Origin: Phoronis australis
Taxonomy: Eukaryota; Animalia; Phoronida
Length of the DNA: 64,000 nt
NCBI GenBank assembly: GCA_002633005.1
Contig: NMRA01000113.1
Location: 526,441-590,440 of the forward strand
Direction: 5' to 3'
The stretch's first letter is position 1; every line of letters begins with the position of its first letter. The notes under the pieces were generated by a model. That model saw only the letters and a list, made by a program, of their open reading frames with translations. It did not search any database and was not told the origin of the DNA. The position numbers and the translations under genes were made by a program. Shown here piece after piece: positions 31,562 to 44,480 of the stretch.

Positions 31562-31916
31562 TGTGACGGATGCGCCCTCCCTTTGTGAATTATAGAGTTA
31601 CAGTTTCGCGCCATTTTATTAATTGACTCTTCTAATAGGGGTGTTTTATTACGTCACTTATGTTTTGGACTCACCCTCACGTGCATTCGTTTAGTTATAA
31701 AAAGCCGCGCACAAGCAGTTTTGGCGGGCTGTCTGGGGTTTGAAACCCGCTCCAGTCAGACTCTTAAAAACATGAGTGACGTCTTGTACGACTACTATAG
31801 TTTCGTCTAAAAGTTTTAGGGTTGCTTCATAGTCTCTGATAAATTCTTTCTCATAACTACTGTTTGTAATTTTCGACAACATCAATAAATTAAAATGAAT
31901 TTTTAATCAATTCGAA
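31562..31916 (+). mobile_element. Putative LTR of the adjacent Gypsy element, cut by the N at 31917
   Basis: Begins TGTGACGG; TATAAAA at ~31696; AATAAA at ~31884; integrase sequence follows the N. Confidence 0.5.
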
Positions 31917-31917
31917 N

Positions 31918-33158
31918 ATAATAACAACAGGACAGCTGGTCATCTCGGAAGAGAGAGAACCCTGAGAGCTGTGAGGTCCCGCTACTATTGGCCAGGTCTA
32001 CTTGGTGATGTCACATGGTGGTGTCGCAAATGCGACATGTGCGCACGCCGCAAGTCTGGACCAGGGCGTGGACGGGCCCCTCTAAAGCAAAGCAGAGTGG
32101 GTGCTCCCTTCCAACGAGTTGCCATCGATATCTTGGGGCCATTACCTGAGACAGAAAACAGGAACAAGTACATCATGGTACTTGGCGATTACTTCAGCAA
32201 GTGGACAGAAGCTTTCAGTCTGCCTGATCATACGGCCTACACTGTTGCTGACACTCTCGTTAAAGAAGTTATTTGTCTATTTGGTACTCCCAAATTCATA
32301 CATACCGATCAAGGTAGAGAATTTGAGAGTGAACTTATGTCTCAACTCTGTTCCTTGCTCGAAATCTCGAAAACCAGAACTACGCCACACAGACCACAGT
32401 CTGACGACATGGTTGAGAGATTTAACCGAACTGTCCAGCAAATGCTTGCCATGTTTGTCGACGAAAACTGCCAAGACTGGGACGATCACCTGCCTTACGT
32501 TATGCTGGCGTACCGTTCCACGGTGCATGACAGTACAGGGTGTTCTCCCTTTCGAATGTTATTTGGACACGAGGTGTCACTTCCCATTGACGTCATGCTG
32601 GAAAACCCCAAGGATTCCCGACATGAGACAGACGTACCGTGTTTGACTGCTTACGCAGAGTGGTTAAAGTTCACATTGATGTTTACACACACGAGTTTGC
32701 TCGTGAGAAACTAAAAGCAAGTGCGTCCAGGCAAAAGTCATATTACTTTAACTCAGAGCGTTTAAAGAGGGTGATTTGGGCTTTCGTTGGTATCCAACCA
32801 CTGCTAATCAGAAATTAGTGTTGGGTTGGACAGGGCCCTATCTCGTTATTAAAAAGATAACCGAATTTTTGTATATAATTCAAGGTGAGAGATCCGGACC
32901 CTTGATTACGGTTCACGTAGACCACCTTAAGCCCTGTTTTAACTCAGATGTCCGAGACTGGCGACAACCAGATAATCATTTTAGCAATTAAAATCAAATG
33001 ATCCTCCCAGTGAGGAAACCGATAACCAATGTGGTGGTGAAACCGAGAACAATCTGGATAGCTGCATTCCCACTGAGCCCCCCAGTGTGGGCAGGGATGT
33101 CTATCTATCCCGGAGAGGTCGAGTTATTAAGAAACCGCCTCGATTTATGTCCCCTTGA
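31918..33158 (+). mobile_element. Ty3/Gypsy pol C-terminus (integrase), frameshifted near its 3' part
   Basis: Zinc-binding region (GHLG..YYWPGL..DV..WCRKCDMC), DDE core (RVAIDILGPLP, IHTDQGREFES, PQSDDMVERFNRT), GPY motif (WTGPYLV...VHVDHLKP), terminal SRRGRVIKKPPRF..TGA at 33156-33158. Confidence 0.93.
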
Positions 33159-33182
33159 TTCAGTTTACACGTGTCATTGCAG

Positions 33183-33564
33183 AGAATTGCATCCAGAGGC
33201 TGGAGAGTACGAGGAGATCGTAGAGAAGAGTTTGAGGCAATACGGATGCAGAGAGTGTAGTAAAGAATTCACACAGGTTTCGCAGCTTATCTACCACGAG
33301 GCAACATGCTGCCGCACTACTATTTTGTACACTTGCTCATGCGGTTTCAGGTCTCCTAGGGCCCACCAGACCCGTCGCCACCAGAGGAAGGCACAGCACT
33401 CAGAACCCTATCGGAAAGAAGAGATCGCCAACAAGCACCATTGGCGGAGGGTGTGGGACGCGAAGCGGTGGGCCAGGATGGGCGAGCTCTATAGGGAGAG
33501 GGCACCCTTCAAAGATGTTGAGTTAGAGAAGTTTGGTGGGGACGTAGGCCGATTGTTAGAATGA
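33183..33564 (+). CDS. Zinc-finger ORF directly downstream of Gypsy pol, possibly a spliced accessory ORF
   Basis: Acceptor-like cattgcAG at 33181-33182; open frame with YGCRECSKEFTQVSQLIYHEATC and YTCSCGFRSPRAHQTRRHQRKAQH; stop at 33564. Confidence 0.5.
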
Positions 33565-35739
33565 GAGAGAACTCTAGTTGCATTTATTGGTGTTTAAGTT
33601 TTACGTTGTTATTGTTGTTGTTAATCGTTTCCGAGTTAATTGTTGTCATTTTCTATGCAGACATTATATCTCTATTTTATTATGGTCCTACCGGTCAGGT
33701 CTTTGTGTATGTGAATTACTAGAGTTATTGATGTCATTTAAACTATCTTGAGTACCTTGTTGAAGTTGTCGCTCACTGTCACTACTGTATAATTTTGATC
33801 TATGTTAAATAATTTACATTAGATCTGAGGGGTAGGATTTTTCATCATTTGATATAGTCTCTGGTACCCATTTTATTGCCTGACTTATATTTATCTGGAT
33901 TTTGACTCGTCACTCTCAGCAACATTTCTCTATCTGCCTACTAAATTACACGGAGAGAACCCCAGCCGGGATGTGCTGTTCAAGATTGTAGAAATGTCCA
34001 TTTTTACTCACCATAGTTTTCCCACGGCATTTAGCCCATTGTAGTAGTGTATTCCTCAAGATTTCATCTTCCGGGTCTTTTACAACCAAAAATGCACCCT
34101 ACTTCAAGATTTTTGGTACGAAATGGACCCTGCCACATTTTTGTTTTTCACTCAAAAAGTGACCCTCTTGAGTGGCTCTGGCTGTTTTTAAGCTCAGAAT
34201 CTAATTTAGTTTGAGTCTGACTGATGCTGCCACCTTTTGGCAATATTGTTGTATGATACCGCCACCAGTTGGCGACCTTGGTTATTAGTTCAGAATACAT
34301 TTTGTCACAAAGCTGAATGGACGTCTTTTATTCCTGTCTTGTTTCGTATTCTCGTCTCTAGTTTCAATATTCGCGGTCACACTGGCACATCTGTAGAGTA
34401 CGTACCCTGGGGTACTTCTAAAGTCTATTTCTTCGACTATTCTTACTATAATTATTATTACGTTATTTTGTTATTATTAATCTGATGAACAATGCTTTTT
34501 TGGTCACAATGATGATAAAGGCAGATTCAGGTTTCAAAACAATGCTGCTAATTTCGCGCTGGAGAAAGGCCGTTTTATAAGCGAGATCTTGTAATCGAAA
34601 ATTTACAGTACTTTGCGGAAACTTTGTAGGTGGTGAATCATGAGATTGCACATGGGGGTTGAAAAGGGGCGCTGGGCTTGTGCCTGTTTCTTAACATTGC
34701 TAAAATAATTTCTAAATATACCATTTCCTCTTTACACGCAAATGAGACTGGTTGCCTATCGAGTAATATTTGACTGGTTGCAACGAGGAAAAAAGTTGGG
34801 GCGCAAAAGACGAACAGTGCTGCCTTCTTGCCCTGTGATGGCAATCCGGAATCGCTTTCTAGCAGAGGATGACTACACTGGATTTCGTTTGGCCGATTTG
34901 GACTTTGAGTACACAGTTTTCGTGGGTCAAATTACCTAACACATTTTATGTTTTACGGATACAAGTGCCCCTTATTTGTAACTACCTTCTGCCATTGTTT
35001 AATTGTTTCAAAAATAGATTAGGCTTCACTTACACATACCTTACTTTCTTTAATTCCAGTTTACAGGGAACCTGACATTCATTTATTGCCAAGGTGATAA
35101 TTTCACTTTTGAGTACTATAACTTGAATTCACACTGGGAAATTACAGGCTGACTCATTCAGTCAGAACATTTTTATTCTCCCACAGTTCACAGAGGACGA
35201 GTGCAGAAGTTTTCCAAAAACTGTTGATGAAATCTCTACTCATCTAAACTTGGCAACTTTTTGGAGGAAATATTTTGAGAAATTTTCAAATGATTAATTA
35301 CCTTTATTTCCTGAAGTTCTTAATTCAAGACTTTTGCCACAACTGTGAAGAAGTTAGACCAATTTCGATGCTAGTCATCAACTTTTTTGAAGGTTAGAGA
35401 CACAAGCTCCACTTTGTACTTAATCCCTTCTAAATGAGAGCGTAGAAGACCAAAATCACAGAAAACTTGATGCTTTGACAGAAGACAAAAGAGTAAGTGT
35501 AATTAAAGCAACAATCCATCTTGGACGGAAGCACCATGACTTCAGAAGAATCCAAGTAGCTATCTCTATCCCTCTCCCTCTCTTTCCCACTACTCTTCTC
35601 CCCTTCACCCTGAACACATCGAGCAAATTTTTGAGAAAGAGCGCATCGCTCGATACGTGGGGATGTTTTAATATATTTTAGTACCAACGCTCGTCATTAT
35701 TTTTTACTAGTTTTACTATTTCATGTGAAATCACAGATC

Positions 35740-35880
35740 ATGAAAAATCGCAGGAAACTCACTGTATAAGATATGTTTATGACTGAAGATTTTTCGCAAC
35801 GTGTCCGTGCAGCCCGAAAAAAGTTGTGGCATTTCTCAAAGACAGAGCAACTTGACAATGCCAACATTCCGTTTGATAAA
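35740..35880 (+). mobile_element. LINE ORF1 C-terminal remnant (L1/L2/CR1 type)
   Basis: FMTEDFSQRVRAARKKLW resembles the ORF1 I.EDFS..VR..RK.L motif. Confidence 0.55.
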
Positions 35881-36769
35881 CATAATAACAGTCTACATTT
35901 ATGGAGAATTGGAAAACCAAGTCAAAGTAAAGCGCTGGTGACAAAGGAGCCCTCAACAATGGTCACAGTTGAATGCTGATCCAAGTCAATGAGAATAGAA
36001 AACATGCAGATGCCAACAGTTCCAGGTAAAACTGGAATGTCAACGGACTGAAGAATAACATACAACACCACATAGTAAATTACTTGAAAACTGTTGACAT
36101 TGTTGCTTACAGGATACATGGGGTGATTATAAGAATGAACTTAATAGCAACATTTGATAAAGTGGAGAACACGGAGAAGGAGATTTAGGAACTAAGGACT
36201 ATATTGTTTTTCGTCAAAATTGAGTACGCTAAGTTTGTATCAGGACTTAAGTCGAACTCAGAAATATCAAGTGCTTAAAAATTCAAGGTCTTGAAAAATG
36301 TTAATCCATTTATTTTAGGAAACTGATTCGCACGTGAGCTGATGAGAAGTTACAAGATAAGTTGTATAGCTGTACATCACTTGAATTATACATTACATTT
36401 TCTGTGAGGGAATGCAGGTTCATGGCAGCCTCAACCATTACTTTTTCCGGATGTTGTCTTGTAATTGGGTTTACCAACTATTTAAACGGCAACACATGGA
36501 ATTCAGTTATTATGGCTAATAACATTGTTTAGGTATTGAAAAAATGTGACAGCTCACAGAGATAATGTGGTGTTACCCATGTAAGATACAAGTGTAAAAT
36601 TTGCAAGACAGTTGAAAGTTATTGGGAGACTGAATGTATTTGACACTTAAAGCAGTCACATGGCTTTGGCGTATATTTTTTTCTCAAAACTTCCAGATAA
36701 AAATTGCTTTTGAAAATGGTAATATAGTTATCCCAAACTTAACAGTTCAATCTTAACTTTCTTTTTCAG

Positions 36770-37990
36770 TTTACACTAACAAATGTCAATGGTGTTGACA
36801 TCACAGAGCGCAGCTGCTCGTGTATTGCAGGAAAGGGATTCTGCCAACATCAAGTTGCACTACTATTTCAGACAAATCATTACCAAAACTTGAAGAAGAT
36901 CCCAGAAATTGTTACAAAAACAGACGAGCGATGCACCTGGACCATTCCCCCCCACGAACAAAAAGCTTCGCAATTCGTCCTGTCACTGATGTGATTGTCT
37001 ATAAGCCAGTCTTCCCCTCGTCAACTGGTGAAGCTTCATCAAAACACAAGCGGGTGGAACAGGGCGTAAAGTTAACTTTGTGGAACCCTCTTTCCATGCT
37101 GCTCTGCAAGGTGCCAAGCATGATCAACCAGCTGATGCCCACGTATACAAATCAAGATAAGCCGCCCAAATGGGTAATGATTTGGAACGTCAGTGACAAT
37201 TTACCTTAGTAGACTCCAACTTTGGATCCCTAGTGAAGGGTTCCTTATTATCTTATCAAGAAAAATCAGTCCCAGAAATAGTTTTCTTGGGTCCTAGCAC
37301 TCTCCCCGACTTGGACATCCCCTGACTACCCCCCATAGAGATCGACATGGATGGAGCAAGCGGTGTGCAGAAAGTTGTGCTAAAGTCTCTGCAAACGACG
37401 TTATTAGTCACTTCAGTATGAGCATGAGACAAGGAAGCAAAGCGAATGCCCGAGTGGTTTAGACTACGCGAGCTGCGACTAACAGCGTCAAAGTTTAGGA
37501 CTGTAGCAGCCTGGCGTAGCAAGTTTGAGGAGTTGGCCACAGACTTGCTTACAAAGAAAGTCTGCAGTACACCAGCCATGCAATATGGTATTGACCACGA
37601 GGCTGTGGCTGCGAAAAAATACTCCGAAACTTTTGGAGTGATATTCACGACGTTGGCTTTGTCATTAACCCATCGGCTTGTCACTAAGGGTGCAGCCCTG
37701 ATCGGTGCATATTTGACCCCGATGGACAGCCTCAGTGGGGACTTTTGGAGGTGAAATGCTCTACCAAGGAAACCCTTGCCGAGGTTGCATACTTGAATGA
37801 CAGCGAGAATGAGTTGGAGCTGAAGCGTAGTCATACATATTATGATCAGTGCATTGGACAAATGGCTATCACGGGAGCAGAATGGTGCGACTTTCTTATT
37901 ATGTGTGGGACACATACTTTTGTGAGAGAATTTTGACGGACAATGACTACTTTCGGGAAATGAAAAGAAAGTTGTCGTTTACATTATGAT
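36770..37990 (+). pseudogene. SWIM + YqaJ (lambda-exonuclease-like) accessory gene of an ISL2EU-type transposon, frameshifted
   Basis: RSCSCIAGKG.CQH; EWFRLRELRLTASKF; PAMQYGIDHE; GCSPD; LLEVKC; YYDQCIGQMAITGAEWCDF. Confidence 0.85.
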
Positions 37991-38806
37991 TTAAACAGTT
38001 TGATGGTAGCAAAGCAAAATGAGAATTTTTCAAAGAAATACAGTTTTCTGGTGCTTGCTTCCGCTTTAGTTAAATTGAAATATTACAATATTGCAAAAAT
38101 ATAATGTCCCGACAGTTAACCTGTAATTAATTAATCATTATAGCTTTCATATTTTTCTGTAGATTAATGCTAGATGACCATAGTTTATCTGAGCAACCGC
38201 ACATGTAACGGGGATTTTAGACTACAACATGACAAGACAGTTTTTATAATACTGGATTCATGCAGGCATTAGCAAAATGTTTTTAAGTCATAAATTACAT
38301 AAATTTCATATGCATAGGCAAATGCATGTCTTCCCTAAGTTGAACTGGCGTTCCCAAAAAGCGCTCATGTTTTCCTCGGAAAGGGCGCTTATGGTTGCTC
38401 TTTCGGGAAAATAATTCAAGCTGCAAAGTGCATTGTCTGAAAGCACCCTGGGCAATCTTTCGGAAATTCACAGTACAGCTGCAGGCAGTACTAGAAGTTA
38501 CCGTAAGTTTACTTTTATTTCAACAAAACTGATTGCCAAAATTGACATTTTAAAATTGATCAAATGCTTAGAGCATTGTTAAAAATGCGCAAAGTTTGTG
38601 TTCGTTGACAACAGCTCTACAATGCACAAAATGAAGCAAAAATTTCCTTATTTGACTTACAGTCAACTGCAATGCACCATAAACTGCTAAACGATTGACT
38701 GCCTGAGGATTACGTCAACACTTAATGAGGAAAGTAATATGTGTTTAATGTACAGAAATGGCCAACTCCACAATACAACACAGTGTTTGTAACTTTCAAA
38801 TACACG

Positions 38807-38964
38807 TTACAAAATGTCACCCTGAAAATTGGTCAGTAAGCAACACACACTCCAAATCTGGTTTGTTGACCCGACAAGTTACAAAGGAAACACACCCTTA
38901 AATATGTGGAAGCACTTCACTCTGCCAATAACGCGCTCCACATACACCCTCAAACGTGCAATGG
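38807..38964 (-). mobile_element. ISL2EU transposase C-terminal remnant, convergent with the YqaJ gene
   Basis: Minus strand IARLRVYVERVIGRVKCFHIFKGVFP...NQIWSVCA..TNFQ. Confidence 0.7.
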
Positions 38965-39634
38965 TTAAATAAATTACGCAAGAACTACCTCCAAAGACAA
39001 ACGAGATTAGTAAATAGTGTTTCAAAAATCTTTTTGGTAGTCAGATATTTATGTTCAACAAGCAGCTAGAAGTTACCAAAGTTCCAGAAACACGTACGAT
39101 TTGACCATGAATGTGATCACCCTCTGGAGTCTGAGAGACTGCTTGGCAACACCCGGCAACAGGCAGAGTGAAATGACTGGTTCATTGAGTAATTCACATC
39201 GACGGTAAATCTATCCAAATGTGCTGAAACTGTAACACAAAGTCTTAACAACCTGCCGAATGTTAAAACACGGTTGAAAGGAATTGCAACAGTGAACTGA
39301 CACATGATCAAGGCATGTCGGCAGATATCAGTCGATCAATCTCGGCTGATCAGTACGAATTTCGTTTCGGAAATATGCGACGATAAAATATTTTTTTCAG
39401 CACTTCATTTACCTTGAAATGTCTTCTAGGATCCCTTCAAATGTTACAACTCTATTAACGACCAAGAACTTCATCCTTAGGGAATTTATGAAACGAAAGT
39501 TTACACTTATTTGATGAACTGCTGCAATGCGACACAAAAGCAGAACATGCTTGTTAAGGGGCAGAACTAGGTCACATCTGCTCGCCTCATTTTCAATCCG
39601 TATTTGTAAACATGACAAATGCATGAAAGTAGAG

Positions 39635-42096
39635 AATAGTCACCATTCCATTTGTACATCAATACTTCATGGGATACTTAGTATTGACTTGTATGTTTAT
39701 TTGTATTGTAAATCTTGTGGGTTCAGTTGCCATCCGTTGAAATCATTCTCAATGTATGGCATTTCTTTTTAGCTGGAAAACGTGGTTGCATAACCCTAAG
39801 TCGCATCCTCAAGTTCGTCTTTACTGTTTGATATTTACGATCTGTGCTTCGCCAACACTTATTTTGGCCTTTTATAGTCAAGAAAGAAGCCATTACAATA
39901 TTGCATAGTTCATCATCATTTGGTTTAACCAAGCCACGTGGACTTTTCCAGCACCGTGTTTGCTTCCTTTATATAACAACTTTGTGTTGCAGCTGATGGA
40001 ACAGAAACCCACCATCAAGTTCCTCCTGATGCCAGGTTCTGATGAGGGACAAATGACATCTCGGATACTGATCGAAATGTTTTGTGCCAATTTATACCCT
40101 CTTGGCTCAGTGAGAAGGGCATCAGAAGAGAAAATCTACAAAAGATTTATCAGATATACTAAAGATGTTGCAGGTAGATGTTGAAACCAATTGTAGACAT
40201 AAAACATGGAGCAGTATAAGAGTATACGCCAGACACACTGCCTGTTACTTAATACTTCAGCAATGTACAGCTACAGGTAAATATGAGAGTATACTGTCAC
40301 TCTACTTATACTGTTAAAGTTTCAATTAAAATTCTTCATAAATACTTAATTAATAATTGAGAACTGCTGGCTTGAACTAAAGGAGTGAATATTTGTTTGT
40401 ATTTCTAAATAGTCACCATTCCATTTGTGCATGAATACTTCATGGGATACTTAGTATTGTTGTATGCTTATTTGTATTGTAAATCTTGTGGGTTCAGTTG
40501 CCATCCATTGAAATCATTCTCAATATATGGCATTTCTTTTTAGATGGAAAACGTGGTTGCATAACCCTAAGTAACATCCTCAAGTTCGTCACTGGGCTGG
40601 AGCGTCGTCCCATCCTGGACTTTTCTGTCGAGCCAACAATAGAATTTCCCTGCGCTACACCTTATCAGTGATTCCTACCAACGGCATCAACCTGCAGCAA
40701 CATACTAAGACATCCCGTTGAACCATTGCCTTCTCTTAGAGCACCCGTTCAAGATAACCTGTTTGATATTTACGATCTGTGCTTCGCCAACACTCATTTT
40801 GGCCTTTTATAGTCAAGAAAGACGCCATTACAATATTGTATAGTTCATCGTCATTTGGTTTAACAAAGCCACGTGGACTTTTCCAGCACCTTGTTTGCTT
40901 CTTTTATATAACAACTTTGTGTTACAGCTGATGGAAGAGAAACCCACCATCAAGTTCCTCCTGATGCCAGGTTCTGATGAGGGACAAATGACATCTCGGA
41001 TAATGATCGAAATGTTTCGTGCCAATTTATACCCTCTTGGCTCAGTGAGAAGAGCATCAGAGGAGGAAATCTACAAAAGATTTGTCAGATATACTAAAGA
41101 TGTTGCAGGTAAATGTTGGAACCAATTGTAGACATAAAACATGGAGCAGTGTAAGAGTATATGGCAGACACGCTGCCTGTTGCTTAAAACTTCAGCAATA
41201 TACTGCTACAGGTAAATATGACAGCATACTGGCACTCTACTTATACTATTAAACTTACAATTAAAATTCTTCATAAATACTTAATTAATAATTGAGAACT
41301 GCTGGCTTAAACTAAAAGAGTGAATATTTGTTTGCATTTCTAAATGGTTACCATTCCATTTGTGCATCAATACTTCATGGGATACTTAGTATTGACTTGT
41401 ATGTTTATTTGTATTGTAAATTTTGTGGGTTCAGTTGCCATCCGTTGAAATCATTCTCAATGTATGTCATTTTTTTAGCTGGAAAACGTGGTTGCATAAC
41501 CCTAAGTCACATCCTCAAGTTCGTCTTTACTGTGTTTTACGCTCGGTTAACATTTGGCCAAGTAGGAAAAAGGTTAAAAAACACATGCCTGCTGCGTTCC
41601 TAGATAAGTATCCAAACACACGAGTAATCTTGGACTGTACGGAAATGTGGATTCAAAAGCCGTCAAGCTTGGTTTTAAATTCGGAATTTTATTCACACTA
41701 CAAAGGCAGGACCACTCTGAAAGCTTTAGTTGGTGTGGCCCCGTCTGGCGCTGTGACATTTGTATCAAAGCTGTTCACTGGCTCCATCTCCGATAAGGCC
41801 ATTTGTCAGGTCTCTGGTATTCTTGATCTTATTGAGCCAGGGGACGAGGTCATGGTAGACAAAGGGTTCGTCACTGGGCTGGAACGTCGCCCCATCCTGG
41901 ACTTTTCTACCTAGCCAACAATAGAATTTCCCTGTGCTACACCTTATCAGTGATTCCTACCAACAGCATCAACTTGCAGCAACATACTAAGACTTCCCGT
42001 TGAACCACTGCCTCCTCTTAGAGCCCCCGTTCCAGATAACCTGTTTGATATTTACGATCTGTGATTCGCCAACACTTATTTTGGCCTTTTATAATC
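39635..42096 (+). pseudogene. Tandem array (~3 units) of the last two exons of a G2E3-like HECT E3 ligase
   Basis: Units start at ~39635, ~40408 and ~41343; penultimate exon ..GSVRRASEEEIYKRFVRYTKDVA|gt; last exon ITLSNILKFVTGLERRPILDFSVEPTIEF...LPTASTCSNILR...YDLCFANTHFGLL* (HECT catalytic Cys motif); internal TGA. Confidence 0.75.
41526..41872 (+). mobile_element. Internal fragment of an ISL2EU transposase (DDE_Tnp_4) inside the third HECT unit
   Basis: IWPSRKKVKKHMPAAFLDKYPNTRVILDCTEMWIQKPSSL..YSHYKGRTTLKALVGVAPSGAVTFVSKLFTGSISDK...GDEVMVDKGF; flanked by ttcgtc on both sides. Confidence 0.88.
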
Positions 42097-42194
42097 TAGA
42101 AATGAAAGCAAATTGCCCATCTGCATAACCTGACTACGTCTGCACAAATATTTAATCAGCTGATGCATTGTGGTAACACACTGAGTAACCCAAA

Positions 42195-43730
42195 ATGGCG
42201 ATTCAGATAAGAGAGGTTGGAGATACTGTGTTGACTAATCTAAGCAGAGTGTTTACTTACTGACAGAAGATGTCCCAGGTGCTAAAGTAACGAAGCGGTT
42301 TGCAGCGTGTTCTGTCCCCGAGTTGAGGAGATGGCTAAAATATCGCGGCGCAACACTGAAAGGAAAGCATTCTGACCTTGTGCTAGTTTTCATTTGTAAC
42401 GTTAAGAACACCGGTCGGTGGTCGACACCGGCTATTGCCTTTAAGATTTATTCAATATTATCGACCTGCGTCATTTATGGCGACCACCTGTAACATTTTA
42501 GAATCACATGTGATTTTGTGCAGCTGATTTCACGCGTTTGTTGGATCAGAAAGAAGTGTTTTTAATACCAGTTTTGGACCAACATGGTCGGTGACATTTT
42601 TAAGTGGCCGCATGTCTGAGTGTCCAAAGCAAAATCAAGGGAAACATTAGTGCACAAGGAAGAAGCCTCTGTAAACGGATGCTCAAACTAATTTTTGTTC
42701 TGACTGCACAGTCTCAATTAAAAATGACTATTTTATTTAATACAGAAGACAGTGGACAAACTTTTGGTTGGGGATTTCTGATTCCCACTTAAATGTTACT
42801 GCATGTGCCTGTGCTATTATTTAGTTTAGTGTGTCTGGTCTGGGCTATGATTTAAACCTTGAAAATATAATTATTTCTGGCGGTGTTAATGTTTACAGAT
42901 GTGACGTCATTGATTAAGTCAATTCAAAATTAATATATAACACGTCATTTGCAGGTGTGAGCTGTATGCCAGTGACGCAGAAAGAAGCAGTGAAATCATT
43001 GATCCCGACGGTGGTCAGTGGAAAACCATCAAACAAATAGGCCACACAGCAGTCTCCAAGACCACTTCACCATTTGTGGTGTCTGAAAGTCAGTGGGCAT
43101 CGTCAACCCAACCAATTCCAGAACCCTTTGAAAGTGGTACTATTTACCAACATGTTGGGAGGCAGGCCGGAATAACATCGTAGAGATGGTTTTCCTTTAT
43201 TCAAATGTGACAAGGTAGTCAGGATGAAAATAAATCCATGTACTGGCCATAATCACATAGCAGTAGAATGTTTTGTTGAGGCCAGTTTCTCAATTTCTGT
43301 CCAACACCGCATGAACATTGTACTTAACAAAGTCACAGGAAGTCTTGTTTGGCCATTGCAAATGCAAGGGTAGTGCAGGGGGGAGATGTAAGCATGTGAC
43401 TGCAGGACTGTACAAAATTCTCGATCTAAAGGACAGTGACTCCCCCAATGTGCCTGAAGAACTTGCCTGCACCCAGAAGCCTAGGGCATGGGAAACATAT
43501 GGCACAAATAAACAGTTCAAGGTATCAGGAAAATTTAGTGACTTGGTATTTGTCAACCACCAGTTAGGAAAGGACTCTAATAGTCATTTGGCAAGAAATG
43601 AAGCGCCGAAACTATAATTCCGTGGGCACAACACAACTTACAAAAAGAAGGTTGGACGATCTGCCTGCTTCATGGCTGGAGAAGAGGCGGACATTCTAGG
43701 CACACATCATTACTCAACCATCTAATGTAA
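42195..43730 (+). pseudogene. SAP + SWIM transposon accessory gene (N-terminal part of a YqaJ-type protein), with an intron
   Basis: EDVPGA...SVPELRRWLKYRGATLKGKHSDLV (SAP); exon from 42955 IIDPDGG; HCKCKGSAGGRCKHVTAGLY...LACTQKPRAW (SWIM). Confidence 0.75.
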
Positions 43731-44054
43731 GTTCAAGTAAGATATGAATCTGAGACAAAACATCCACAGGACATGAAACATTTGATATTAGTTTAGTCAT
43801 GGTGAAAGCTCGAGTAGCTCCAGTAAAAAAGATGACCTTGCTATATTTGGAATTATTAGGTGCTTTAGTTGGTGCAAGATTGTTGAAATCTGTTCATAAT
43901 GCCCTAAAACTAGGAAATGATGTTTCTTATAATTGTTGGAGAGACTCAAATTGTCATAGCATGGATTAAAGGGGATGCTTCTAGATGGAAAGTATTTGTC
44001 ATTAACAGAGTAAATGAAATACAAGATTTAACTGATCCCTCACATTGGAATTGA

Positions 44055-44480
44055 AAGTTCTGAGAACCAAGCTGACCTACTGACCAGGGGAATTACTGCA
44101 GACATTTTAATTGGGTAAAATTGTGGTTTGTGGTTAGAAGGCCCCCCTGGTTATGTAAACAAAGTGAGTATGAAGTGACTCTGCTTTGTGAGACCGATTT
44201 GAACTTTGACAATACCCTTTGTGCAAATCTAAATGCGCTTGCACAAAATCTTAGTTCGGCTAGAGCATCATGGGATCGTTTGAGGTTACAGCGTGACCAA
44301 GTCTGCAGCTGTTGTTCTGTAAATTGCGAGGCATGGAGAAAAACTCACAGAGGGCGATGTTTTTGGTGCAAACATCGATGTGCCGTTCGAGGCAGCAAGT
44401 GTGACACAGCTGAAGCGCTGGCTAAAATGCTATTGTGCGCAGACTACTGGAAGGAAACCAGTCTAATTGAACGGTAAGTA
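44055..44480 (+). mobile_element. BEL/Pao pol remnant (region after RNase H)
   Basis: SENQADLLTRG...LWF...PPWL...ASWDRL resembles the BEL NPADL.TRG...LW..GP.WL...SSW.RL motif. Confidence 0.6.

Noticed and set aside
32101-32646. 181-aa ORF overlapping the integrase in another frame
   Set aside because: Alternate-frame shadow with no independent motif
37256-37915. 219-aa minus-strand ORF
   Set aside because: Antisense shadow of the YqaJ pseudogene with no recognisable motifs
36770-37990. YqaJ exonuclease as a prophage or endogenous virus
   Set aside because: It is fused to a SWIM domain and paired with an ISL2EU transposase tail; no viral structural genes are nearby
40630-40700. In-frame TGA before the HECT catalytic motif (also TGA at the Ulp1 Trp and Cys codons) as selenocysteine or readthrough
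   Set aside because: The surrounding sequences are truncated and carry other lesions, and I saw no SECIS-like hairpin; ordinary pseudogene decay is simpler
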